Shown: positions 17,701 to 27,468, numbered from the stretch's first letter. The stretch: 64,000 bases of DNA from Patescibacteria group bacterium (GCA_028714495.1 JAQTMH010000004.1:64232-128231), one strand, 5' to 3'. Made by a program: numbers and translations. Notes: generated by a model from the sequence alone, not told the origin.

Positions 17701-19028
17701 ACCGAGGTTTCTGATAGATAATATTTAGATAATTCAGGAAACCGCTGAGTATCGGCGTTGACGCTCATTTTATACGTGCCATCAGTAAGATTCGCAGAGA
17801 AGGTGCCATCCTGATTTATTCCACTACCCATGCCCTGGCCTTCGCCTTTGCGCAGATCGACATTTCCGCCAGACAAAGGAGCACCGTTAGGCAGGACAAT
17901 TTTACCTTTTATTATCGCGTTGGTTTTAGTAACGGTGAAATCCGTTGTCAGATTTTGAACGGAATTATCGTTTACGAAACTTACCATGGTTGGCGGCTGA
18001 TTATAAGTCCAGTCAACTTGTCTCTGGCGCTGATTCTCTTGATCCCAGCCGGCATTGAGATTTAGGTTCCAGTTGCCGCCCGAGAGAACCAGGCTGTACG
18101 TTCCATTACTACCGAGATCAACGCCCTTGCCGCCAGAACCACCTTCACGATTGGCCCAGATTTGTCCGCCAGTGGTAACTGGAGTGCCGTCGTTATATCT
18201 GACAGTTCCGGTTAGGGTCTTGGTGGCAGCTTGCAATTGAGCGTTAACCGTAGCGGCAGTAGTTCCGTTATAGGCAAACTGGATTGGATCTGGGGCGACA
18301 AAGTCACCATATTGAGGACTAAGAAATATATTCAGAGTGTAGGTGCCAGCAGTGATGTTGCTATCAACAAAGGAATAGGCGCCCCATAGATCAGTTTGAG
18401 TATGAAAATTCATCGAAAAGTCAGCCGTTTGGATGTCAACACCTAGATTGGGAGCTATATCGCCGTTTGGCAGGGTTACGTTGCCCTTAACTTGGTACGC
18501 GCCAAAATAGACCGGATCAGAAGGAGTTTTATCCGGATTATCGCCACCCTCCTCACCAACCAGAGAAGTCATGCCATAGGCGCGGTAGTGGCCGTTGATA
18601 TTGATTGGGTTTCGCACGCCGGCAATTACCAAAGTGTAGTCACCAGCTGCTAGGTTGTTAACAAAAATTCCAAAATTAGTACCCCCGGCGTGGAATTCTC
18701 CAGCCAGACCAGAACTCAAGGTCGCGTCTGTAAAACTGGGATTGCAGAAATCCCATTGCCCATTACAACCGCCGCTTACTCCAAAATCAAAAACCACATT
18801 GCCAGGACTGCTCAAGGCGGCTCCCATTGTAAAATCGATTGTATAGGTGGTAGTTGCGCCAGCCACTGAACTTGCGGCGCTAAAAGAGACCGCGGTAATA
18901 CGAGAATCAGGATCAGGAGTTGTGGGCATTTCATCGGCGCGGGCTGGTTGAACCACTAGAAAAAACGAAAAAATCAATACTGCTCCAGCTCCGACGTAGA
19001 AAATTGCATTTTTTTTGGACTTTTTCAT
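14712..19028 (-). CDS. giant secreted surface protein with prealbumin/Ig-like domains and C-terminal FG-GAP/VCBS beta-propeller repeats
   Basis: 1438 aa with an N-terminal signal peptide. The C-terminal third has about 7 tandem repeats (...SGGGPQVRVF...DVDGDG..EIVV..). Confidence 0.8.
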   Translation of the reverse strand: MKKSKKNAIFYVGAGAVLIFSFFLVVQPARADEMPTTPDPDSRITAVSFSAASSVAGATTTYTIDFTMGAALSSPGNVVFDFGVSGGCNGQWDFCNPSFTDATLSSGLAGEFHAGGTNFGIFVNNLAAGDYTLVIAGVRNPININGHYRAYGMTSLVGEEGGDNPDKTPSDPVYFGAYQVKGNVTLPNGDIAPNLGVDIQTADFSMNFHTQTDLWGAYSFVDSNITAGTYTLNIFLSPQYGDFVAPDPIQFAYNGTTAATVNAQLQAATKTLTGTVRYNDGTPVTTGGQIWANREGGSGGKGVDLGSNGTYSLVLSGGNWNLNLNAGWDQENQRQRQVDWTYNQPPTMVSFVNDNSVQNLTTDFTVTKTNAIIKGKIVLPNGAPLSGGNVDLRKGEGQGMGSGINQDGTFSANLTDGTYKMSVNADTQRFPELSKYYLSETSVTVAANQTLDLGTLTMSEKTSRIVGRVITNTGTPVASLGVNCNQRQGFGWTQGQTGADGSYTAWVWPGEWECSINQGPDSTYIQNQSGPRPSYILSANQTVTAEDIVVQLADATINVKLVDANGNAINNMFGYAYARKKSGGNKGGDQFGNGIQNGSATIHLIGGETFVVGAQTPSDQATLLLKEEVEVAIAAGETKDVKLTMIPPDANIIGFFQDQNGTKVTNVEADVNAGSDGGGMWMNTRLQADGSFNLPVKGGKAYFLNYWFRNNPDFVQTNPDQAPFTVPVGGTVTKVVTVYRADSQITVNLLDPSGNPVSYGYIWCSNRRAHENKVTGDFEGGKEINAGSEVRGGTGVVRLVADTYECGSGNGMEMAKNNWMPPEMAQDITVTPTSPATVTMQFRQADATVIANASFADGSKVNFGWCHAFNPDGGFSGGEIMDGTGRIPLIIGTWYIGCEMGTTEGFYRSDEAMVTISAKGEVTKSFTLEKKAWSIPEGLTQQITASNQNNITLPDGTTVSIPANALATEGDVTFMASPNINIYRTNDTKPINFAWDFSALDSNQQLIESFNSNVTICIPYDQAVLDEVGVNEDDLVAKYYNSTNGAWQLPNGVTQDTENNVVCFSVDHFTNFALATGAGATGNEINNYDIIATPLSGGGPQVILANENGKVIANFFAYASTLRIGIQATTADVDGDGEVEIIVAPGAGAGPQIRVFDHAGKLKYQFFAYDSKVRMGVNLTAADVNGDNIAEIITSPMSGGGPQVRVFNYKGDVKHQFMAYASSYKGGLTVATGDTNGDGINELVVAPESNAGPQIRVLKDDGTQVSQFFAYATTVRGGYNIKTGDIDGDGTADIVVSPKAGLGPQVAIFKGDGTLIKRFFAYAETFRGGVNASVGDVDGNGNNDIVVSPISSAGPQIRVFDKNGQVLSQFWAYSSSLRGNFTSFVADLNGDGTNEIVTAPGQGMGPQIRTFDRNGKALSQFFSHHKGFRGGITIAPGY

Positions 19029-19232
19029 AATTTTTACTTTACTTTTTAGGTTAAATTACTTAAATGATATATAAAAAACCACTTAATAGTGGCTTAGATT
19101 AGCTAAGTAAACAAAAAATATTGTATAGGTTGCCAATTATCTTATTCTGATCTCCTCCATCGATCATGAACTATGTGAAAGGCAATATTATACCTATAGT
19201 ATACAGGTATTTTCCAATTGTGTCAATTTGTT

Positions 19233-20963
19233 TTACACAACTATGACGACTGGCAGGATCATCGGCCGCCGTTCAGTCTTTTGAAAAAGGAATTGGCCGA
19301 GGTCATCACGGATCTTGTTCTTGATATAGGTATCATTAAGCGAAGATTCAGGATCGTGGTCTTTTAGAATTTCTTTGACCTTAGCTTGGGTTTCGTCAAT
19401 AAGTCTTTTGCTGCTCTTCATATAGACAAAGCCGCGAGAAATGATGTCGGGCTGTCCAACCAGAGTTCCGGTTTTGCCCTCGATCGTGGCAATGATCACA
19501 ATCATGCCGTCGGCGGCTAGTTGTTGGCGGTCTCGCAAGACAACGCTTGAAACATCGCCTACGCCCAAGCCGTCGACCATGACGTATTCTGACGGTACGC
19601 GTTTGTTGGTAATCCGGCCGCCTTGCTTAGTGAATTCTATTATTTGGCCGTTGTCCGCGATGAAGATTTTTTTCGGATCAAAACCGGTTTGGATAGCCAC
19701 CTTGGCGTGTTGCCGGAGAAAGGAATGGTTGCCTTCGACAGGAATCAGATACTGCGGATTGACGAGCTTCAGCATTAACTTTAGATCTTCCTGTTTAGCG
19801 TGGCCGCCGGCATGGATGTCCATCATTTTATAATTAATTACTTCAGCACCCTCACGATAGAGAGTGTCGACCAGTCGCTGAACCGAGCGTTCGTTGCCCG
19901 GCACGACTGAGGAAGAAAAGATTATGGTATCACCTTTTTCGATTCTGGCCCTTTTGTGCTCCCGGTTGGCCAGGCGCATCAAGACGGCCCGGCCCTCGCC
20001 CTGGGCGCCGGTGCAGAGGATAACGAGCTTTTGGCTGGGAAACCTTCTCATATCCTCGAAGCCAATAAGCGTGCCCGGTTTGATTTTCATATACCCGAGT
20101 TGCTGGGCGATTTCGACATTGGTCTTCATGCTGTAGCCGTCAATGACAATGTGGCGGCCATATTTTTCAGCCAATTGAATAATCTGCTGGATGCGGCCCA
20201 GAAGCGAAGCGAAGGTGCCGATAATCAGCCGGCCCGGAGTTTTACTGAAGACATCTTCGAGATTGAGCATGATTTCTTGTTCAGTGAATTGGTGGCCGGG
20301 CTGGGGAGCGTTAGTGCTGTCGGCCAACATAACCAGGACATTTTGTTCGTTTAACCGGGCGATTTTGGCGATGTCAGCCGGCGTATCCCCAGACGGCTGC
20401 AAATCAAGTTTGAAATCGCCGGTATGGACAACCAGCCCAACCGGCGTATTGACAATGACGCCTAGAGAGCCGGGGATATTGTGGCTTACCCCGAAGAATT
20501 CAACCTCGAAAACGCCCAGCCGCAATTTCGTTTCATTATCAACGGCGTGCAGATCAAGTCTTCCGCCGCCGTTTTTGTAGTCTTCCTGGCGCTTGGCGAT
20601 AATTCCCAGGGTAAGTGGTGTGCCGAAAATCGGCGGCCGGCCCAGGCGCGGAATGAGGTGAGGAATCGCGCCGATATGGTCATAGTGACCGTGGGTTATG
20701 ATCACGCCTTTTACAAATTTTTCTTTTCCTCTGAGATAGGAGATGTTTGGGATAATATAATCAATTCCGGGCATATCCTCCTCGGGAAACTGCAGGCCCA
20801 TGTCGATAATAATGATATCGTGCTTATATTCGAGCACGGTCATATTCCGACCGACTTCCTCAAGTCCGCCCAGAGGAATGATTCTCAGGGTGTCGGTTTT
20901 TTTGCCCAATTGAGGTTGAAGCGCTGGCCGTTTGTTGAATTTACGGTGTCTTTTGTGACTCAT
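19233..20963 (-). CDS. rnj: ribonuclease J (metallo-beta-lactamase / beta-CASP family)
   Basis: HGHYDHIGA motif, beta-CASP region, 576 aa. Confidence 0.85.
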   Translation of the reverse strand: MSHKRHRKFNKRPALQPQLGKKTDTLRIIPLGGLEEVGRNMTVLEYKHDIIIIDMGLQFPEEDMPGIDYIIPNISYLRGKEKFVKGVIITHGHYDHIGAIPHLIPRLGRPPIFGTPLTLGIIAKRQEDYKNGGGRLDLHAVDNETKLRLGVFEVEFFGVSHNIPGSLGVIVNTPVGLVVHTGDFKLDLQPSGDTPADIAKIARLNEQNVLVMLADSTNAPQPGHQFTEQEIMLNLEDVFSKTPGRLIIGTFASLLGRIQQIIQLAEKYGRHIVIDGYSMKTNVEIAQQLGYMKIKPGTLIGFEDMRRFPSQKLVILCTGAQGEGRAVLMRLANREHKRARIEKGDTIIFSSSVVPGNERSVQRLVDTLYREGAEVINYKMMDIHAGGHAKQEDLKLMLKLVNPQYLIPVEGNHSFLRQHAKVAIQTGFDPKKIFIADNGQIIEFTKQGGRITNKRVPSEYVMVDGLGVGDVSSVVLRDRQQLAADGMIVIIATIEGKTGTLVGQPDIISRGFVYMKSSKRLIDETQAKVKEILKDHDPESSLNDTYIKNKIRDDLGQFLFQKTERRPMILPVVIVV

Positions 20964-21190
20964 AAAGAGTAATTTGAATTTTAGATTTTAATATCTATAA
21001 CAATTATTAACTAGATTGTACTGGCGAGCGAGATAAGCTAAGAAATAATAAGAAAATGCGGAGTAATATTATTGAAACGAAGGCTATAATAGTTCGATTG
21101 AACCGACGCCAACTGAAACAGATAGAGAATTAATATACCAGGCATCTTAAATCAACAACCACCGCTGCCGTGCTGATATCTTCCTTTTTT

Positions 21191-21277
21191 TGGTGCCGGG
21201 AAGAGGACTCGAACCTCCATGGGATTGCTCCCACACGGCTCTGAACCGTGCGTGTCTACCAGTTCCACCATCCCGGC
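21191..21277 (-). tRNA. tRNA-Leu (anticodon CAG)
   Basis: Minus-strand cloverleaf: acceptor GCCGGGA/TCCCGGC, anticodon loop UUCAGAG, long variable arm, T arm GGAGGTTCGAGTCCTCT, CCA encoded. Confidence 0.85.
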
Positions 21278-21369
21278 ATGTGTGGGTGTACACGATTATG
21301 TAAAGATATTGGCAAGTTCAGCGGGCAGGCCGCGCCCGCAACGAATGCTTATGCGGTCGGGCGGGTCTG

Positions 21370-21447
21370 CCAATTCCGCCACCCGCCCACCTCTGGTACG
21401 GGGTAAATCTGCCAGCTTGCCCCGCGCCCATTGTGGTGCGGGGTGGA
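21370..21447. repeat. GC-rich tandem repeat (2 x ~35 nt) upstream of tRNA-Leu
   Basis: TGCCAATTCCGCCACCCGCCCACCTCTGGTACGGGG and TGCCAGCTTGCCCCGCGCCCATTGTGGTGCGGGG. Confidence 0.5.
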
Positions 21448-21499
21448 GTTTATCTCGTCATTCGACGAGGCCACTTGCCCATCAATATATTGAAGAACT

Positions 21500-23284
21500 T
21501 TACCACTCCCGCTTGGTTTTGATATACCAATTTTCAATATTTGTAAAACGGTCAGAAGGGATAGTTATGCGGTTTAAATTGAACCCCTTAATATTGGCGT
21601 TTAATCCGTAAGTATAGGTGGGATTGTAGAGAAAGAGAGCCGGTAATTCGTCAGCCAAAATATTTTGGAAATGAAGATATTTCATCTGGCGCTGTTCGAG
21701 ATCAGTAGTTTTTCGGGCTTCTTCCAAAAGCTGGTCAACATCTTTATTGACATAGACGGAGAGGTTCAGTCCTGGATCCCGGCCTTGAGAGGAATGCCAA
21801 AAAGAGTATGGATCGGGGTCAGTCCCCACGATTTCACCGACGAGAAGTGCCTCATAATCCCTTGGCTTAATTACGTATTTCTCGATTCGACTCCCGTCAA
21901 TGATTCTTAGCTCAACTCCCACGCCGATTTTTTGCCAGTAGTCTTTGAGCAAATTGGCGGTGGCGACGAAGTCCGGCTGGTCAATCGTGGTCAAAGTGAA
22001 GCGGAGCTCTTGACCGTCCTTTTTTCTCATTCCCGATTCTTCGTCCAATGCCCAGCCGGCCTTATCCAACGTTTCAATAGCCTTGGTCGGTTCAAACTCG
22101 TATTTTTTTACTTCTGGATTGTAGCCGATAAAGCCGGGCAGAATCGGCGCGTGAATCGGTTCGCCCTCGCCCTTAAGCACCTGCTCGATTATCTCGGGTT
22201 TATTTATAGCGTAGGCCAGCGCTTGCTTGATATCCAGGTTTTTTAGAAGCTGATTTTTTTGGTTGAGAAAAACGGCGGTATATTGGGGCAAATGGAGAAG
22301 GTGGGAGACGATTTCTTTGTTTTTTGACAAGAACTCCTTTGATTCTTTTGGAACGTAGCCCAAGCCCTCCACCTTTTTATCACGCCCAGCCTCGATTAAA
22401 CTTTCCAGGTCGGGGTAAAAGACGAAACGAATTTTCTCGATATAGGCGGGCCGTTGGTAATAGTCGGGATTGCGGATCAATTCATAGGATTTAATATTTC
22501 CCGAACGGTCTTTTTTGAGGGAATTGAATTTATAGGGACCAGTGCCGATGGGCTTCAAATTCGTTTCCGCCAAGTGGAAAGAAACCGGTTGGATGTCGCT
22601 CCAAATATGATAGGGCAGGATGCCGAATGTCAGCGAGTTTAGAAATGGAGCAAAGGGTTCGGTTAAAGTAAGAATAATGGTTGAGCCGTCCGGGGCTTCA
22701 GCGGTAACGCCACGTAAATTTAGAGCCAGCGGGCTTTTTATCTCCTGATTTTGGATTGCCTCAATCGTCAATAATACGTCTTCTGAACTGAAAGGCTGCC
22801 CGTCGTGCCACTTGATATTGTTTTTTAAATGAATGGTGTAAGTCTTTTGGTCCTCGCTTAATTCATAGCTTTCGGCTAAATCAGGCACCAGTTCCCGCTG
22901 CTCATTATATTCAAAAAGACCGGAGAAAACCAGGCGAGAAATATCCATATCGGTATCGTTGGAAGGAGCCAGGATGGGATTGATATAGGCCGGATTGCCC
23001 ACCAAACCCTCGACGTATTCTCCTCCAGAGACAGGCACTTCTTTGGTGTGGCCGAGATAAAAACGTATGCCCAGCACAATCCCCGATATTAAAAACAAGG
23101 CTAACAGGCCGAGAAGAATTATTTTTTCTTGCTTGGACAACACTCTAGGCAAATACCGAAGTTGTCGAGGGGAGGGCCAACGACGACCTTGGGAAAAATA
23201 ACGCTGACCGGAAGTCGCCGCCGGCGAGAATCTTCGTCGGTATTTGGTGAATAATTTTTTAGACCAGTCCGAAAATCGTGCCAC
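21500..23284 (-). CDS. ABC transporter substrate-binding protein, family 5 (oligopeptide/dipeptide-binding-like), membrane-anchored
   Basis: 594 aa with an N-terminal TM anchor and SBP_bac_5-like sequence throughout. Confidence 0.75.
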   Translation of the reverse strand: MARFSDWSKKLFTKYRRRFSPAATSGQRYFSQGRRWPSPRQLRYLPRVLSKQEKIILLGLLALFLISGIVLGIRFYLGHTKEVPVSGGEYVEGLVGNPAYINPILAPSNDTDMDISRLVFSGLFEYNEQRELVPDLAESYELSEDQKTYTIHLKNNIKWHDGQPFSSEDVLLTIEAIQNQEIKSPLALNLRGVTAEAPDGSTIILTLTEPFAPFLNSLTFGILPYHIWSDIQPVSFHLAETNLKPIGTGPYKFNSLKKDRSGNIKSYELIRNPDYYQRPAYIEKIRFVFYPDLESLIEAGRDKKVEGLGYVPKESKEFLSKNKEIVSHLLHLPQYTAVFLNQKNQLLKNLDIKQALAYAINKPEIIEQVLKGEGEPIHAPILPGFIGYNPEVKKYEFEPTKAIETLDKAGWALDEESGMRKKDGQELRFTLTTIDQPDFVATANLLKDYWQKIGVGVELRIIDGSRIEKYVIKPRDYEALLVGEIVGTDPDPYSFWHSSQGRDPGLNLSVYVNKDVDQLLEEARKTTDLEQRQMKYLHFQNILADELPALFLYNPTYTYGLNANIKGFNLNRITIPSDRFTNIENWYIKTKREW

Positions 23285-23310
23285 TTAGGAACGTTTACTA
23301 GTAGAATTGA

Positions 23311-23529
23311 TTACGTAAAGAGTAGATTCGCCACCGCCACCCCCATAAAGAGCACGGAGACGACTATGGTAAAAATGAAGATGTAGCGTTCAACGCCGCG
23401 TCGCGTCTCAAAAACATTACCCTCGCCGCCAAAAACACCACCCAGGCCAGAACCGCGTTGCTGAAGAATCACCGAGGCTGTCAGCAGGACTGACAATACG
23501 ATTAGCGCGATATTGAAATAAAATTGCAT
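23311..23529 (-). CDS. secG: preprotein translocase subunit SecG
   Basis: 72 aa with two TM segments and the LQQRGSGLGGVFGG glycine-rich loop. Confidence 0.7.
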   Translation of the reverse strand: MQFYFNIALIVLSVLLTASVILQQRGSGLGGVFGGEGNVFETRRGVERYIFIFTIVVSVLFMGVAVANLLFT

Positions 23530-23618
23530 AGTAGTTATTTATAGAAAAAAGCCAATACTGGCTAACTAGGAGATTAGCATGAGGGCAAGAATTTGTCAAT
23601 GGAAAGATTATTTCTCAT

Positions 23619-23779
23619 GACAATTTTTCCCGGTGGGCTTTTTCACCAATAATTTTTTGTAATCTCAAGATACTCCGACTATTCACTTTCATTTTCGGTT
23701 TTTTCTTGTATTGTCGGCGCTGGGCTTTTTGAGCCAGACGCTTTTCAATTTCCACGTGATGATTGGAAGTTGACATTTA
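23619..23779 (-). CDS. hypothetical small basic protein (53 aa)
   Basis: ATG abuts the TAA stop of the upstream gene. Not in the ORF track (<60 aa). Confidence 0.3.
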
Positions 23780-24622
23780 TTATTTTCCGATTTCAATCAG
23801 GCGCCATTCTTGGCCGACCCTAATTACCACACCCCGCGACTCAACCTTAAGATCATCGTATTGGCCCGAGTATAGATGTTCATGCACTCCGCCTGGCGCA
23901 AAGTAATGCAAGCCGTCGTCTCTTACGCCGACAATTCCATTCTTACAAGGTTCCCAGGTTAAAAAATTATCCTCGCAAATTTCTTGGGGGTTATTCCGGG
24001 TCTCTTCTTGTGCGAGAAAAAGCTTTCTCACACCCTTTTCAGTCCTTTCAAGCACGACCCCCTCTAGCCAGGGATGAGTGCACCAGCTCTCGGTCTCTGA
24101 ATTGAAATTGTTATATAGATTGTAACTGCGGTTTTCCGGCAAGCGAATTTTTAGAATATTGCCCTCCTCGGTGATAACGCCGGTCGGGTGAGGTTCCAAT
24201 CTTTGATGGCCGGAGGGAGTTACTCGTTCCCGGCCGTTGATTAAATAGCTTGAGCCATCCCGAATATGCACGCCGCCGGGGAATTGATAGTGGCCTCGGT
24301 ATTGGCCTTCGTTTTTGTATAGAGGATCCACCCAGCGGCCACCATTTTGGATTATCGAAAAATCTTTGCCTTGTCTGAGGACAACCCCCTCAGGTGTTAA
24401 AAACCATTCATCATACTCGGTTCCAGGCGGGAGCAGATTTTCTCCTCCATTAAGGAGCAGCTGACCATTGCTTTCGATTATTACCCCATTTTCATTAGAA
24501 CGCCAGGTATCCGCCTGACCGTTAAATCGGCAAAGCTCTTTTGATTTGGGCCTGTGTTCGGTTGTTGTCTCCGGCTCTTCTAGAACAGCTAGAGACGATT
24601 CTAATTCTCTGCCTCGGCGCAT
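23780..24622 (-). CDS. hypothetical protein
   Basis: 280-aa ORF with no recognised motif. Confidence 0.5.
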   Translation of the reverse strand: MRRGRELESSLAVLEEPETTTEHRPKSKELCRFNGQADTWRSNENGVIIESNGQLLLNGGENLLPPGTEYDEWFLTPEGVVLRQGKDFSIIQNGGRWVDPLYKNEGQYRGHYQFPGGVHIRDGSSYLINGRERVTPSGHQRLEPHPTGVITEEGNILKIRLPENRSYNLYNNFNSETESWCTHPWLEGVVLERTEKGVRKLFLAQEETRNNPQEICEDNFLTWEPCKNGIVGVRDDGLHYFAPGGVHEHLYSGQYDDLKVESRGVVIRVGQEWRLIEIGK

Positions 24623-24708
24623 AATATTATATTATTAGATAATTAGTTGATTGGTTGATAAGTCAAATAGTTGATTGAACGGACAATTAACATTTTACCT
24701 CTTTTTGC

Positions 24709-26517
24709 CTAGCTACCCAAGGAATCGCGGATCACTTCAGTTAAATGCGAACCGACGAGTTTTGTCAACTCCTTATCACTGGCCTGGCGAATACCCGAGA
24801 CTGAACCGAATTTTTGGAGTAGTTTTTTCTTGGTTTTCGGGCCGAGGCCGGGAATTTCATCGAGCTGTGATTTTATTGACTGGCGGCGGTGGGTTTTCCG
24901 ATAGAAACCGATGGCGAAACGGTGGGCTTCATCGCGCATTCGTTGAACCAGAAAAAGGGCGGGAGAATCAGGCGGGAGCAGGATCGGATTTTTCTTGCCT
25001 GGCAGAAATAACTCTTCATTTCTTTTTGCCAGAGCGGCCAGGGGGATGTTAAACCTGTGCTCGGCGGGGACGCCTCGCGCTCCGTTGAGTTTAGCCAGGA
25101 CACCTCGCACAACGTTAAGTTGGCCTTTACCGCCGTCGAGAATAATCAAATCGGGTTCTGGCCAGGCGGCTGGCGAAGTCTCAGCCAGGTGGCCGAAACG
25201 CCGCTGGAGAATTTCAGCCAGCATGGCCGGGTCGTTTGCTCCTGACACAGTTTTGATCTTGAATTTGCGATAGTCTGATTTTTTCGGCAGGCCAGCCTCG
25301 AAAACGACCATTGAACCGACGGCGTTGACTCCCTGGATATTTGAAATATCGTAGGTTTCAATCCGGCGCGGTGGTTCGGCCAGGTGGAGGAATTTTGCCA
25401 GATCTGCCAGGGCTTGATCGAGCTGGGTTTGACTGGCTTCATCTTCGACCCGACTTTTAGCCAGGGCATCTCGGGCATTGGCTTCACCAAGCTTCAGAAG
25501 CTGAAACAACTTACCTCGCTCGGCTGTTTTAAATTTCAGCTGTAGCAGTTTTTCAATCTCTTCTCGCCGGTCTGGAAGTTCTCGGAAAATAACCTGTTTC
25601 GGATGTTCGGTTGATTGGGTATAATATTGTTCTACAAAGCTGGCCAGAAGAAATGGATTTTTTTCGTCCTGGATATTTTTCAGAATGAAGTTTTTCCGAC
25701 TGATTAGCTTGCCCTCGCGAAAAGCAAAAAGATTTATGCCGGCCAAGGCCCGTTCCCGGACTAGGCTGATGAGATCAAGGTTGTCATTAGTCCGGAGGAT
25801 GACTTTTTGCCGCTCAAGTACGCGTTCGATCGCGGTGATCCGATCCCTGGCTTCGGCGGCTTTTTCAAAGTGTTGCTGCTTTGACGCTTCAGACATTGAA
25901 CGGCGCAGCTCGACGAGGACACCCTCGCTTCTGCCTTCAAGAAAGTGGATAAAGTTTTTGATAATCGCTTGGTATTCACTTCGGCTAGCCGGTGAAGTCA
26001 GATGTCCGGCGCAACGATGCAAGCGGAAATCAAAACACGGATCTTCAGGTTTATTTTTGCAGGTTTTGATTGGGAAGATTTTTTTCAGATGTTTCAAGGT
26101 GAGTCTGACGATTTTGGCTGACTGGTAGGGGCCGAAGTATCGCGTTTTGTCTTTAGCAATCCGGCGGACCAAAGAGACCGAGGGAAAATCCTCGGCTAAA
26201 TTGATTTTGATATAGATAAAATATTTATCATCCCGCATAATGATATTGTAGGGCGGGTGGTGGCGCTTGATCAGGGTTGTTTCCAGAAAGAGCGCTTCGG
26301 TCTCGGAGTCAACGATAATGTATTCGAGATCAGCAATTTGTGTGACCATCAGGCGCTTCGAAGCCTCAAGGGAATTTGATTTCTGGAAATAGGAAGCCAC
26401 CCGGCTTTTCAGATTTTTCGCTTTGCCCACGTAAAGAATCGACCCTTTGACATTCTTGAAGAGATAGACGCCGGGTTTTTTAGGAATATTTTTAATCTGA
26501 TTTTTCAGGCTCTTCAT
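24709..26517 (-). CDS. uvrC: excinuclease ABC subunit C
   Basis: N-terminal GIY-YIG domain (PGVYLF..ILYVGKAKNLKSRV), C-terminal HhH, 602 aa. Confidence 0.9.
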   Translation of the reverse strand: MKSLKNQIKNIPKKPGVYLFKNVKGSILYVGKAKNLKSRVASYFQKSNSLEASKRLMVTQIADLEYIIVDSETEALFLETTLIKRHHPPYNIIMRDDKYFIYIKINLAEDFPSVSLVRRIAKDKTRYFGPYQSAKIVRLTLKHLKKIFPIKTCKNKPEDPCFDFRLHRCAGHLTSPASRSEYQAIIKNFIHFLEGRSEGVLVELRRSMSEASKQQHFEKAAEARDRITAIERVLERQKVILRTNDNLDLISLVRERALAGINLFAFREGKLISRKNFILKNIQDEKNPFLLASFVEQYYTQSTEHPKQVIFRELPDRREEIEKLLQLKFKTAERGKLFQLLKLGEANARDALAKSRVEDEASQTQLDQALADLAKFLHLAEPPRRIETYDISNIQGVNAVGSMVVFEAGLPKKSDYRKFKIKTVSGANDPAMLAEILQRRFGHLAETSPAAWPEPDLIILDGGKGQLNVVRGVLAKLNGARGVPAEHRFNIPLAALAKRNEELFLPGKKNPILLPPDSPALFLVQRMRDEAHRFAIGFYRKTHRRQSIKSQLDEIPGLGPKTKKKLLQKFGSVSGIRQASDKELTKLVGSHLTEVIRDSLGS

Positions 26518-26791
26518 GGGGCAATTATATCAGCCTGGCGGGGTCTTGACAAAAGCTAAAGAATGCGCTATTATACTTGGTTATTGAGGATTACAGCGGT
26601 TATTGTTGAGAATAAAGGCGGCGGATAGGAAGGTTTTTAATAATTTTCTGTCCTGCGCCTTGATTCAGTCAGACATTTGTCAGACGAACCAGGGCAGATA
26701 GTCGCTCTTTACTATTTATTGGTGTTAATGGCCATTAGGTCCATAGATTCTGTGGTGTTTGGTCGCTCAGGGTTCAACAAGGAGGATTGTC

Positions 26792-27379
26792 ATGGCACTC
26801 TCGCACACGGTCGCAATCACCGAGCTTCCTCTGAAGCAGGTCATCGTTCGGTTCTACACCATGCCGCCCAAGGGCACCGCCATCCCGGAACAGAAGCGCG
26901 ATGATCGGCGTATTGAACAGCGCCACACTACCGAGGCGCAAGCTCAGGGCATCGACGCCCAACGGCTCCAGCGCGGCAAGCCCGACTCGGGCCGGCAGCT
27001 CAGGGACGTGACCTACGCGACGCTCGACCTGCTCATCTCGGATCTCCGCGCTCTCGGCTTCAAGCTCGTCCAGGCCTTCTGGAACGAGCAGCGCCGGGCG
27101 AACGATCCGAACCGGCCCATGTATGTCGTCTCGTTCGTCTTCGGTCTCGAAGGCGAGGAGATCGCGCTCGGTCCGGTCGACCTGGAGTGGTTCATGCGCC
27201 GGATCAATCTGGCCCACGAGAAGGTGACCATCTTCGCCAATCCCAAGCGGATGGGCGAGGAGGAGGACTTCACCTGGCGTCAGGACACGGTCAACTGCCG
27301 TGGGGCCAAACCCGACCAGTCGCCACGCCTCCAGACACGGATGCGCGAGCTCGGCGACTATTCGCACGACGAACTGTAG
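26792..27379 (+). CDS. hypothetical protein, GC-rich singleton
   Basis: AAGGAGG SD is 6 nt upstream of ATG 26792. A plus-strand terminator follows. GC content is clearly above flanks. Confidence 0.55.
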   Translation: MALSHTVAITELPLKQVIVRFYTMPPKGTAIPEQKRDDRRIEQRHTTEAQAQGIDAQRLQRGKPDSGRQLRDVTYATLDLLISDLRALGFKLVQAFWNEQRRANDPNRPMYVVSFVFGLEGEEIALGPVDLEWFMRRINLAHEKVTIFANPKRMGEEEDFTWRQDTVNCRGAKPDQSPRLQTRMRELGDYSHDEL

Positions 27380-27423
27380 GACAGCTCGTCCTACTTCCAC
27401 CTGGGTTCTGCACACAACTGCAA

Positions 27424-27468
27424 CAGGCCGGCCTTTTCCTTCGGGGATTGTGCCGGCCTCTTCTTTTT
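27424..27468 (+). terminator. rho-independent terminator
   Basis: AGGCCGGCC...GCCGGCCT followed by CTTCTTTTT. Confidence 0.65.

Noticed and set aside
21219-21611. 130-aa plus ORF
   Set aside because: Overlaps tRNA-Leu (minus strand) and the GC-rich tandem repeat. It is an open frame produced by the GC-rich non-coding sequence.
26774-27415. 213-aa minus-strand ORF overlapping 26792..27379
   Set aside because: The plus-strand ORF has an AAGGAGG SD and is followed by a plus-oriented rho-independent terminator. The minus ORF lacks both.
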